From Camelus dromedarius (Eukaryota): a stretch of DNA of 64,000 nucleotides. The DNA lies in NCBI RefSeq assembly GCF_036321535.1, contig NC_087437.1:59212001-59276000 (forward strand), read 5' to 3'. Made by a program: the position numbers and the translations under genes. Shown piece after piece: positions 13,061 through 24,486 of this stretch. Under the pieces are notes generated by a model. The model had not been told where the DNA came from, did not search any database, and saw nothing but the letters and a program-made list of their open reading frames with translations. Numbering within the stretch: the stretch's first letter is position 1; each line of letters begins with the position of its first letter.

Positions 13061-15889
13061 CAGCCCACACTCAGAAGCACCCCTTCAGGTCTAGACCAGC
13101 TGGGACCCACGCTCCTGATCTATGTCTTTTTGCCAAGACAGAGACTGAACCCTGGATCAGGGAGGCTGAAGGTCGGGCCATAGACCTGGTCCAGCCCCCT
13201 CTACTGATATTTCCTTCAGTGGCCCTTTCTCCATCCCCAGAAATCTGGGGTTTGGGCTGAGCTGAACCCAGAAGTAGAGGCTGGTCCCAGAAGCAGCACT
13301 AAGAGTCCAGGGTATCAGAGACACAAGGGCCTTTGGAGCTGACCTGGTCAAACCACCTGGTCACTCTGTAGATGGGAAAAACAAGGGGCTCTGAATGGGG
13401 AGGGGCCTTGCCCTAGGTCACACAGTCAGCAGATGATTCCAGACACCCAAGTCAGGGCCCTACCTAACCCTGGGGCTTGGCGAACCACTCAGCCTTATCA
13501 TGAGGCTTCAGGACCTTGTCACCCAAATGTCTGGCAGTGCCTGGAAGTGGGGGAGAGGTGGCTTCCCACTCTCCATTCTAAAATGATGTCAGCCTTATAG
13601 AGCAGCCACCCTCCAGCTGCCTAGCACGATTAGTCAAGGTCAAGTGTCTCTATCAAATCGCAGGCTGCATGGTTTGGGGGATGTTCTTCCTCAACGCCCA
13701 GGTCTGATGCTCATGTTTGCTCAGTGTCACCTAAGTGGCCTGGAGGAGTGGAGGGAAGGAACAGAAGAGGTCACTAGAAGGGGTTGATCTCGTCACCTCA
13801 GAACACAGCCCCGTTAGGGACTCTACCCATTAGGAAAGCTCTACCCCAAACACATCCTGGATCCCCAAGGGAAGAGGGGCCACCCTCATTTCCCCACCTC
13901 TTGCCCCCACCCCTGCCTGGCTCAATTGTTAACCTCATCTCTCCTGGTCTTTAAAGTTAAAATGCAGTTCATTTGTTTAAAAAAGAAAATGAGTTTACCA
14001 TTTTTTTAATATTTAAAAATTTGTTTAAAAAAGGAAACTGAGATTTGTTTTAAAAAGAAAATGAAAAACAAAAGAAAAGCAAGCCCTTCCCAGCCCCAGG
14101 GTTAGGGGAGGTAGGGCTTCCTACAGAAACCATGGCAGGGCTGTAATTAGCCTGGCAAAAAGGAGATTATGACAAACTTGCCAGCAGAACGGGAAGAAGC
14201 TCCCACTTGGGGCTTTTAGTTTTAAAGCTGTAGGCTACAGCCCCCTTCTCAGGGTAACACCTGGGGGCCCAACTTGGATAGAAATGGATCAGGCCCTTCT
14301 CAAAGCACCTTGAAAGAAGGTTCTAAATCCTGTGTCCCAAAAGTCCAGGGAGGCAGTGAAACCAGAAGCTGCAGTCCATCTTCTGCGGTCAGGATTTAGG
14401 GAAGCAAATTGTCATGTGTAATTACAGTCCCGAGAGTGTTTGCTGGCACTCATCCCAGTTGGAACGACTTCTCTCCCAGCTTTCCTTGTTTCTCTACATC
14501 TGGATCTACTCTCACTGGCAACCCACCCCGCAGCAACCCAAGCAGCATCCCCAGCCCTGGGAGAGTCTTCCGTGCCTTGACCTTCTGCCAGGTTGGTTTA
14601 GAGCCCTCCCCCTCCCCAGCTTTCCCGCCCCCCCCCCCCCGAGCTTTCCCCACCGGCCTCTCTCACACACTTGTCTCATCACTGCAGAGCCCGCCCGACT
14701 GACTCAAGACCACAGGCAAATGGGACTGTCTGGCCCTGAATGTGCCCCAGATGTTCAATCAATGCAGAGTGTAAGACGTGACAGCCATTACAGACTTTCT
14801 AAATTACGGAGCCAGCAGCACCAGCACTGGCTGAGATACGGTGACATAATCCTAAAGGAGCAGTCAAGGTGACAGACAGGCATCCAGCACCTTTGGTCTG
14901 AGCGATGTGTCGTCCAAGAGAGAGTCGCAGCCTGCCCTGAGGTAACCCATTGGCCCTGGAGGTAGACTGGCTCTTTCACATCTGGGAAGGGTGGGAAGTT
15001 CTAGAAAAGTTCTAGTTTTTCACATCTGGTTCCTTGGCCCTGCTCCTGCCTCTGCGTTTGAGCAGAGACACCAGTAAAGGTACAAGAGTCACAATTTTAA
15101 ATGCAAATCACCCTGATCACAAATCCATCTCCAGCCCTGACTCTCCCTGCCCAAAGCCCGCAGCCACAGCCAAGCTCCAACACTCCAATTGGCGAGAGGG
15201 AAAGCTGCCAGTTTGGGGTCGCCTAAGCCACACACAAACTTGGAATTTGGAACAACCCTGAGTCCATGGCTGAATTTCAAGTTGGAAATAGAAACCAGGC
15301 ACCAGCACATCTGCTGAAGCTGTTTTTGTAACAACTATAAATCAGCTTATGAAAAGAGGACAGCGCTCTTGCCTGGGAAACCCCCATTGGTCCTGGACAG
15401 ACCCGAATGCAGGACAGGCCGCTGGTGGCCACCATAGTAAGTGCTGGGGAAAAGGATTTGGGTTCGAATAACCTGAATCTTAAGAGAAATTCTTCTCCCA
15501 ATGGAGCTAGTATCCTGAAAAAGGTAAGATGGGTAACTGATGTGAGCATTTAATCAACTTTCAACGCATCTTGCTCGTCTAAAACATCTTCCCAGCATCC
15601 CAGGTCGACATCAGGGACCGGTCGGGGCAAAAGGAGCAAGAGGCTGGTCAGGAATCGGCAGAGCAAGGCTGTGGCCCCAGGCGCCTGGGCAGCGTGGGGT
15701 CGGGCCACGCGCCCCGCCGGTGCAGGCTCCACTGGCCAAGGTTGGAGAGCATCCATCCTCAGGCACCGCGCCAGTCCTGGACCCTCTTCCCGGGGTAGCG
15801 GGTCAACAGAAAAAGAGGAGGTGGATGGCCAGGTCCTTCCAGGCGGGTGGGAGGGAGGGAGGAGGCAGGAGGCCGGCCCGCCTACTTAC

Positions 15890-15974
15890 CAGCAGCGCGG
15901 CGCCCGCTCGCCCGCCGTCGACCAGAGGGAGCGCGAGAGGAGGACTTGGGACGGCTCAAGACTGCAGCATGAGT
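15890..15974 (-). other. LRRC15: LRRC15 non-coding exon 1 (TSS approximate)
   Basis: Consensus donor CTG|GTAAGT at 15890/15889. TATA-like TTTAAATA lies ~30 nt upstream of a CA initiator at 15975-15974. Confidence 0.8.
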
Positions 15975-15996
15975 GCGGCTGGCTGGGCGCTCCCGG

Positions 15997-16023
15997 TATT
16001 TAAAGGATGCCCGGCATGAGTCA
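15997..16023 (-). promoter_or_regulatory. LRRC15: LRRC15 core promoter: TATA-like box (16004-15997) and AP-1 site TGAGTCA (16017-16023)
   Basis: Motifs read directly; spacing fits exon 1. Confidence 0.7.
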
Positions 16024-17426
16024 CCGCCAGGGGCAGTGTCGGCGCGGTGGCGGGGAGGGGCACGCGCGCCACTGCAGCGCCCCGACGTGCGAGGACAGCC
16101 GGCATCACCAAGGGAGGCAAGCCTGCGCGCTGCAGCGGAAGGGGTTTTCCTCAGCCGGCTTTTTTTTTCTTTTAAAGAACATATTTTTCCTCTTGTGTCT
16201 TTTCCTCCAGTGTTTCTTTTGGACTCTCACTGCATTGGCCCCTGCGGTTCTAGAAAAGAGCTGTGGCTCTAGAGAAGGCATTCGTTCTTTGTCCTTTTAA
16301 ACTTTTGCTTCGGAAGTAATTTGATATCGACAGAAAATCTGCAAGAATAATACAAGGAACACTCTTATTTGCTTAATCCAATTCACCTGTTAACATTTTG
16401 AGAAAATTCCGAGGAAAGATAAATTTACCCCCATGGGACCCCTCCTAAAAAAAAAATGTTTCAATCCCCTCTGACATCATCCTCTGTCCCCTCACTGCCC
16501 CCTCCCAGAAGTGGGTCCACAGCAGTTAAGGGACATATCTAAGAAGGAGGGGCTCCCTATGCCCTGTACCTCTGCATTGGAACTTGCGTCCTGCTGCTTT
16601 GGTGGGCAGGAAACCATTTCTACTCATGGTAACGCCAAGAGGGCCTGGGAAAGGGGAGAAAGAAGTCGTGGTTGGAGGGGCGGGGAGGCTGTTAAATCCC
16701 AGCTTCTCCAAGGTGGAGACTCTACAGGGTTGAGCTGCCCTAGACGAAGCCACCTGCCCTTCTCTGGCTCAGTTAACCCTCTCAGCCAAGTGGGGAGAGT
16801 GATATTTACACACAGTGCTTCTCGGAATGCTAAGAGACTTAATTAATGTTTGTGCCGCGCTTTGAGATCTGTGATGAAAGGAAAACATAAAAGTGTTATT
16901 ACTGAAATAGTCATTTGGGTGGCTTGCCATGGTCAAGCCCTTCAGCCTGAATCACACCGCATTCCTCCTCACCCTGGAACCATGATTCAGAGACAGAAAC
17001 AAAAAATGCCCTGTCAATTAAGTAACACTGGCCCAAGAGAGGCAGGCACTGCTTGGAGGGGGTCTTCACACAGCTCCCAGCCTGTCTCTTCAACCACCAG
17101 CCTTCCTTCCCAATAATATTCCACATAGAGAACTCCTTCCCTTTTACTGCCCTGGAGCCTCCACATCCCAAAACTGGTGTCTTCAACTGCCTTTCCATAG
17201 AATCTGCAAGAAACCCTTCCTTCCGTCCCAACCCTGATGTTCAGCCACCCTGTGCCAGGCCCCGTGCTGGGAGCTGCGGACAACACAAGGATAAATCAGA
17301 TATGTTTCTTGCCTATAAAGAGCTGGCACTCAGTGGGGAGGAAGGAAGACTGATCATTTTTGAAGCACGTACTGTGCACCAGAAAGCCCACAGGCTCCTT
17401 ATTGCATCAATGTATCACTTTGTCTA

Positions 17427-17660
17427 CACTGGGTTTCTCAGCCACGCCATATTGCCTTTCAGGTCCAGAGGATTCTTCGTTGTCGGGAGCTGTCCTAGAG
17501 ATTGTAGGCTGCTTGGAGCATCCATAGCTTCTACCCACTAGATACCTATAGCATCCTTCCCAAGTTGTGACAACCAAAAATGTCTCTACATAGTGCCATA
17601 TGTCCCCTGGGGAGTCAACACACACACACACACACACACACACAGGGCTGAGATCCACTG
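17427..17660 (-). mobile_element. MER20 (hAT-Charlie) with internal (CA)n at 17618-17644
   Basis: GTTGTGACAACCAAAAATGTCTC...TGTCCCCTGGGG plus degenerate TIRs at both ends. Confidence 0.85.
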
Positions 17661-17669
17661 ATTACCAAA

Positions 17670-17820
17670 TAATCCTATGAGTGGGAGAAATTGCCCCTGT
17701 TTTACAGATAGAAAAACTGAGGCCCTGGGCCATTAACTAATTTCCCCAAGGTCACACACTAAGTGGCAGAAACAAGATTCAAATCTCTGACTGTGGATTG
17801 TATGCTATTTCCTCCACATT
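17670..17820. mobile_element. MIR SINE remnant
   Basis: TTTTACAGATAGAAAAACTGAGGC...CCCAAGGTCACAC. Confidence 0.7.
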
Positions 17821-20050
17821 GTGTGCTCAGATGCTATAGGACCACCATAGATCAAAGTGTGGTGCCAAGTAAGGATTGTGAGGGGACAAGGGGAGCAGGG
17901 TCACTGATAGATGCTTCCTCAGGGTAAGGTTGAGATGTGTGGGTGCATTTGAAGGGATAGGGCTTGAGTTTCATGTAAAAGGTAGCCTTAAAAGTTGAGC
18001 AGAATCTGGAAATGTAGGGGCAATGAGTTAAGGAAAATCACGGAGTCAGAGCAAGAAGGAGAGAGGGCTCAAAACCAAACACTGCATGTGGCTGGAGCCC
18101 AGGGTGCATGACAGGCCCCAGTGGAGAGGGCTGGGATGCCTCCCTAAGGAGTGGGGTGTCCGTCTGCAGGCAATAGGGAGCCACTGAAGGCTGTAGAGGA
18201 AGAGAGGCACAATCAGAGTCACACTGCAGGAAGTGTAGTATGGGAGGGTTTCCAGGTTTCATGGAGGACCCTTGTGTGTGCACAGGGCAAACAGTTTTCA
18301 AAGCATTGCTACCATTTTCTTTGGTCCTCATGACAGGATATGGGTCTCAATACAGTAACCAGGCCAGGCAAGAAGGACCGTTTCCCAGATTAAGGGTGTC
18401 TGTGGGGATCCAGCTACAGGACCTCTGAGTTTCTGATCACTTGAGCCCCTCTCTTTCATGGGGAAGCACACACTCTCCCACAGAGAAAGCAAAATGACCC
18501 CAGGTAGCCCCGAGAAGTGAGATCTATTATTGATGAAAGTAAAAGCCAGATTCACTACCTTCAGGTCCTATAACCTCAGGGCTCACTTCCAGCCCCCCGG
18601 GGAGAATCAGAAGGGCCAGGGTTGCCTCGGGGCTTTAGAACTCTGAGGCCTCCCACCAACGCAAGTTTCTCTAATCTGGTGAAAAAGCAGAGTCCAGGGA
18701 ACTGAAGGTCATGTGATCTAGCCTCCCCACTGGGGAAGAAACCCCTCCACCACGCCCTCAAGACATGAGGTTATGACCCTGCTTAGTCCACTTCAGGGAT
18801 GGGGATGTCAGTACCGCACAATGAAGTCCCAGTGTAGATTGGCAGAATAAAAAAGATGGAGACGCCCAGGCTTGGCAAGGATGCAAGTGGTCTCACGCAC
18901 AGGAATATAAACTGGTCAAGCAGTAGGTATCAAAACTCAACTGTGTAAACCCATCTACCAGGGTCAAGTGCCACATATGCAGCCATGATTGTGCATGAGC
19001 ACGAAGCTATACATTCAAGAACACTCAGTGCAAAAAAAAAAGAAAAGAAAGGAATGCTCAGTGCAGCCCTGTTTGCAGTAACAGACCATTGTAAACAATG
19101 CAGATGTCTGTCCGTAAGACCGCGATTCCATGCATCATGAAAACCCCTGCCAAGTAGCCAATTTAAAAGACAGGGTTCATCTTTTTTAGCTGAGGAAGAA
19201 AAATATATATGTTTTAAGCAGGCAAATATATATAATATGATTGTACTTACTGGTTTTAGGAAAACTGTCTATTTGTTGATCACAATCGCACAAAAAGCCA
19301 AATGGTACTAAACATCAGTTTTCCCACCAAATGGCCCTTCAGGGCCCATGGAGTCAGCCTGGGATGAGCACTCAGGGCTCTTGTCTCTGCCTCCCCACTT
19401 CTCTCCTTCCCCAGGTGGCCCTTCCCTGCTGTCCCCCCACACCAGGGGCCCAGCGGTCTTGGAGGCAGAGAAGGCCACCGGGCCCTGAGCTCCGGATGCA
19501 CGTCAGTGGTTCCCAGTTCATTCCCACAGCCCCGGCTGTTCTCTGAAGAAGAAATTTCAGGTTGTTCCTCAGAGCAGTGAATCTCAAAGATAAAGAGGCA
19601 TGCCTTTGTGGACAGCCTCTCAAAACAGGACCGTGATGTGGCCACCAGCTAAGTCTCTGTCAATTTACTCCATTTTATAAAAAACCTCCCGCAACACAGA
19701 TAAGGAGGAACAAGAGAGAACAGTGCAGGTGAGAGGAAAATTCCACCTGCCATACATCTGTATGTGTGTGTGTTTATACATGCACACATCTATATCTTTG
19801 TCTATATTTATATATAAATGCATAGAAAAAGACTGAGGAGGATACACACAAAACTACTACAGAAGCAGGGACAGGGAGCAGTGATGAATGAGCATTTTTT
19901 ATAACCATATGTGCTTTTTGTTTCATTTAAATAAATATATATTCCTGAATTACATCTAATTGATCATTAGAACAACTATTTTAAAACACAAGAAATGAAG
20001 TTCTATTTTTTTCTTTCTTTTTTTGAAACCACATTTATATATTTAGGTGA

Positions 20051-20181
20051 GGGGAGGTAATTAGGTTTATTTATTTATCTGTTTATTATTATTTTTTTAA
20101 ATGGAGGTACTGGGGATTGAACCCAGGACCTAGTGCATGCTAATAAGCTCACATTCTACCATGGAGCTATACCCTTCCCCC
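20051..20181 (-). mobile_element. tRNA-Ala-derived camelid-type SINE (Vic-1-like)
   Basis: Minus strand reads GGGGAAGGGTATAGCTC...CCTGGGTTCAATCCCCAGTACCTCCA, then (AAAT)n, then CCTAATTACCTCCCC. CTATTTTTT-like duplication on both flanks. Confidence 0.85.
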
Positions 20182-20725
20182 TATTTTTTCTTAATGTTTC
20201 TTTTTATTATGTTGAAACCTGGCTCCCTGGAACCTCTACCAGTGGGTTCTCTTCCCCACGCGCCTTCCCTCACTCGTGGGCCAACCTCTCAAGTGTTTGG
20301 GATCTGTGAGCAGGCTCACCCCATTCCAAAGCCTCCTCCTCTCCTGCACGCTTGGACACATCACACAGTCCCTTCCCTCCGCTGTCCTGGTTGCTCACCT
20401 TGGAGCCCCAGCATTCGCTCAGCAAACTGAGTGTCCAGTAAGGGGCAGGCCCTGGCTAAGGACCCATATACAGAAGTGAATTTGTTCTGAGAGGGACTCA
20501 GACACATGGACAGTCATATTCAAGCATAAGGCATGTATGAGATGGGGCCACATAAGGGAGCCACCCAGCCTGCCTGGACCGTGGGAGGAAGACTTCCCCA
20601 AGGTGACCCTTGGTCTAAGGCTAGTGGGACGAGCAGGCATTTGGGCACTCTGGGGACTCAAAGGCACCAAGGACCATGACACACTCAGCATGTAGCAAAT
20701 AGTTCAAGATAACTGGGGTGGGATA

Positions 20726-20775
20726 GGGGAGGGGAGAGTGCGTGTTTCCCCAGAACCTCCATTAAATAAATAAAT

Positions 20776-20834
<59 letters not shown>
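20726..20834 (+). mobile_element. Internally deleted SINE of the same family with a long (AAAT)n tail
   Basis: GGGGAGGG-AGAGTGCGTG-TCCCCAGAACCTCCATT followed by an (AAAT)n tract at ~20763-20834. Confidence 0.65.
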
Positions 20835-21000
20835 GACAACCAGCGGGCAGGGTGTGTGTGAGGGCTCAGGAGAAACACTATCCTGGGAAGAATGCAAGAG
20901 CTGCCATGTGAAGATTCCCACCTGCTGGACTCACTCAGCAGGCCAGGGAGGACCACGGAAGGGCTTCCCCAGGAAGAGATGCAGTCGGGTTGGTATAGGG

Positions 21001-21219
21001 CATTGGTTTTCAACCAGGGGTGATTTCCCTCCCCTTCAGGGGACATTTGGCACTGACTGAAGATGTTTTTGGTTGTCACAACTTAAAGAACGCAAGTAGC
21101 ATCTAGTGAGGACAGGCCAGAGAAGTTGCTAAACGTGTTCCACGGCGCAGGACAGCCACACACACGACAAAGAATTATCTGGGCTGAGACGCCAAGAGTA
21201 CCGAGGTTGGAGAACACTG
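21001..21219 (+). mobile_element. MER20, near full length
   Basis: TIRs CATTGGTTTTCAACC / GGTTGGAGAACACTG; internal GGGGACATTTGGCA...TTTTTGGTTGTCACAAC; degenerate 8-bp TSD GTATAGGG / GTAGAGAG. Confidence 0.9.
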
Positions 21220-21519
21220 GTAGAGAGGATGGATAGTTCTGGCAGCAGTACAGAGGATGGATGGCTTGGGAGGAGGGGGGTGCAGGGAGACCTGAAAATA
21301 AAATTATAGCAATAGCTCAGATGGGAGATGGTAAAAGCCTGAGCTAAGGAAAGACAGTGAGGCTTGAGAGGGGAGACTGAATCAAAAAAAAGTAATATAA
21401 GGAGTGAAACTGGTAAAGCATGGTGATGGTTTGGTTATGGTGGTAAGTGGGGTAACGCCGTGGGGCTAATACTATATGGGTTAGGTCACAAAACAATGAG
21501 ATGAATGCTTATTTTCCAT

Positions 21520-21845
21520 CTAGAGCTGGAATGGTGATGTGGCTGAATCTCAGGGACTGAGATCCCAACTATCTAATTGCTCTGCCAGCCCATCCATGGC
21601 TGCCATCTCATGTCCAGAATGGCTGCTCCAGCTCCTGCCTTCACATTCATATTCCAGCCAAAGGAAAGGCAGGAAAGAGGAAGTGAAGGGCTCTGTCCTT
21701 CTCTTTAAAGTCATGACCTGGAAGTTATACATATCACTTCTGTTCACATCCATTGGTCAGAACGTAGTAGTCTGGCTGCCCCTACTGCAAGGGAAATGTA
21801 GTCTGAGGTGAGCACCATGTACAAAAGTCAAACTCTGATAACTGT
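21520..21845. mobile_element. Old MaLR LTR (MLT1J/K-like)
   Basis: ATGGCTGCTCCAGCTCC...ATCACTTCTGTTCACATCCATTGGTCAGAAC. Confidence 0.55.
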
Positions 21846-23514
21846 GAAAGTAGGGGTGAGCAGCCACTGGCAGGGGCAGGGGGCAGCTATTTAGCAGTCC
21901 ATGTCACAGATGATGAAAGAGGAAAAATCATGAAAGAAAGTGATTAGGTTTTTGGCCTGGGTGACTGAGCGGATGGTGGATACCATTAAGCGGTGAGAGG
22001 ACACAGGGGAGGGCTTGGGGGCCAAGATGGCAGATTCATTTGGACAGAGAGTCACTTGAGCCCCATGATACCACAATGTAGACTGTCCAGCAGAGTCCAA
22101 AACCAGAGTCTGAGCTCAGGGGAAGGGTCTGGGTGGGGAGAGAGGTCTAAGAAGCCATAAATAAGGATACTGTCCAGAAATGGTGCTTCATCTGGAATCC
22201 AAGAACCCCACCCATTGAAGTAGGCTCTCCACACCTGAAGGACTGAGAGGGAGATGCAGCCTATGAATCCTGAGATCATGTGTCAGATTCTGTGCTGTGC
22301 ATGTGTGCTCTTCTAGGGAGGCAATTCCTGACTTTCATCCGATTCTCAGGGGTTCTGAGTGCAGAATAAGGTAAGAAAAGGGTTTAGAAAGGCAACCTGG
22401 GATTCCCTGATATTACTGAGGCAGACAAAGGAAGAGGAGCCAGAAAAATAAAGGACCGGAAAGAGCAATGAGGAAAGGGGTAGGAGCAGCGGGATGGGGC
22501 GTTTGGGAGGGAGGTGCAGAGTGTAAGAGATTGTGGTGGTGGATGGATGAAGCCAACAGGCTGGGCGGGGATGTGGAGATAGTACAATGAGCAGGGGCAG
22601 GAGGCAGGGTCCCAGAGGGAAGGCTTGGCAGGAAGGCCAGTCCTGGAGGGGACACAGGGCTTCTGGGGATGGCAGAGGATTAAACATGTCAGAGGTCGAG
22701 TGGACATGTCCAGCAGAGAGGGAGGGGTTGTGATGAGCAGAGATAGAGAGAAGGATATTTTCTTCTTGAAACAAGTCCCTGACACCAACTTCAGCCCTCT
22801 GCGTGCTCCCAGCACCAGAAGCAGAAGTGCTTGCTGTCACAGAAAGGGCTCAGGTTGCTGCGTGCTTGCTGCCTCTGCCTGTGGCTGGCTGGGACCTTGG
22901 TAAATCAGTCACCTCTCCAAGCCTCTTTGTCCCCATGTGGGAATTCAGATAACACCCTGCCTGATGTGACTGATGAAAGGATTAGAAGAAAAATCATGTG
23001 CGATATGCCCAGCTCAGTCCTGATCGTGGCAGATACTCGGTAGTGGGAGGGTCCTTCTCTCCTCCCCACCCATCCTTTCTTACAGTAGGGTTGCTTTTTA
23101 CTTCTCAGGAAAAGGGCAGTCTTTGAGGAAATGATTTTATAATCTTCCTACTTACCCCAAAGTGGTGGAACTTGGTCTACATAAAGTACTACACAGCATC
23201 CTCATGAAGGAAGAATGAAACACTAAAAATATGCAGAATAATAATATTGGGACAAACAAGCAGAAAGTCACCTTCTTCAAATCTGCAGTGACAGCTCCCA
23301 GACTCATCTCCATCCATAACTGGTCATTAGTGCTGTTTTGCCAAAGGCAAGTGTCACGAGATTGTTCTTCATCCTGGCGTTCTGTCCCTGAAGATGACAA
23401 TGATGATGATGTGTTGAGAATCATGAGTGTCCCAAGGAGGCTATTTGGTCAGAGGCTGTCAAGCCTGGGAGCAAGGGTGGAGGAGAGAGGACTTCACACG
23501 TGGAAAAGCAGCCT

Positions 23515-24290
23515 TCAAACAAACAACTCAATTAAAACATTGCAAAGGACTTGAGTGGACTTTTCTCCAGGAAGATACGCAGATGGCCAATAAGCACATG
23601 CAAAGATGCTCGACATCACTAGTCACCAGAGAATTGCAAATCAAAACCACAGTGAGATATCACTTCACACCCATCAGGATGGCTACTTTCCCAAAATAGA
23701 AAATAGCGAGCATGGACGAGGTTGTAGAGAAACTGGAACCCTTGTGTGTTTCTGGTGGGAATGTAAAATGGTGCAACCGTTGTGGGAAACAGTCTAGTGG
23801 TTCTTCAAAACTTAAACATAGAATGACCACGTGACCCAGCAATTCCACTTCCAGGCAAGTGAATATATGTGTGTGTGTGTATATATATATAGATATATAT
23901 ATATCTCCAAATGAATTGAAAGCAAGGATCAAATAGATACATATACACCCATGTTCACAGCAGCATCATTCATAATAGCCAGAAGGGAGAAGCAATCCAA
24001 GTGTCCCAAAGGACAGACACTGTATGCTACAACTGATAGCAAGTGCCTGAAGTATTCAAATTTCTAGAGACAGAAAGTAGAATGATGGTTGCCAGGGGCT
24101 GGGGGAGGGAGGAACGGGGAGTTAATGCTTAATGAGTACAGAGTTTCAGCTGGGGACAATTAAAAATGTCTAGAGATGGATAGTGATGATGGCCATACAC
24201 CAATATGCATATGCTTAATGCCATTGAGTTGTGCCCTGAAAAATGGTTAAATGGGCAAATTTTATGTTATGTACATTTACACAAAAAAGT
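23515..24290 (+). mobile_element. L1M (L1MB-like) ORF2-end and 3'UTR fragment
   Basis: CAAATCAAAACCACAGTGAGATATCACTTCACACCC...GGTGGGAATGTAAAATGGTGCA...AGAGACAGAAAGTAGAATG. ORF 23427-23699 contains L1-like MANKHMQRCSTSLVTRELQIKTT. Confidence 0.9.
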
Positions 24291-24336
24291 AATCCTCATA
24301 TTGAATTATGTTGGACAGAGTTGAAGACCATTGTTT

Positions 24337-24486
24337 TTGTTTTTAGGTTTTTTTCTGGGGGGGAGGTAATTAGGTTCATTTGTTTATTGATTGATTGATT
24401 GATTGATTGAGGGGGTACTGGGGCTTGAACCCAGGACCTCATGCATGCTAAGCATGCGCTGTACCACTTGAGCTATACCCTCCCCC
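24337..24486 (-). mobile_element. tRNA-Ala-derived camelid-type SINE with TSD
   Basis: Minus strand reads GGGGGAGGGTATAGCTCAAGTGGTACAGCGCATGCTTAGCATGCATGAGGTCCTGGGTTCAAGCCCCAGTACC, then (AATC)n and an A-rich tail. 15-bp TSD TGAAGACCATTGTTT (24322-24336) / TGAGGGCCATTGTTT (24487-24501). Confidence 0.9.

Larger units (their letters stand above)
15600..16160. promoter_or_regulatory. LRRC15: CpG-rich island over the LRRC15 promoter and exon 1
   Basis: Visibly high GC and CpG density compared with the flanks. Confidence 0.75.

Noticed and set aside
24410..24486. Possible tRNA-Ala gene
   Set aside because: It has a SINE-type 5' extension, microsatellite and A-rich tail, and a TSD, so it is a retroposed SINE.
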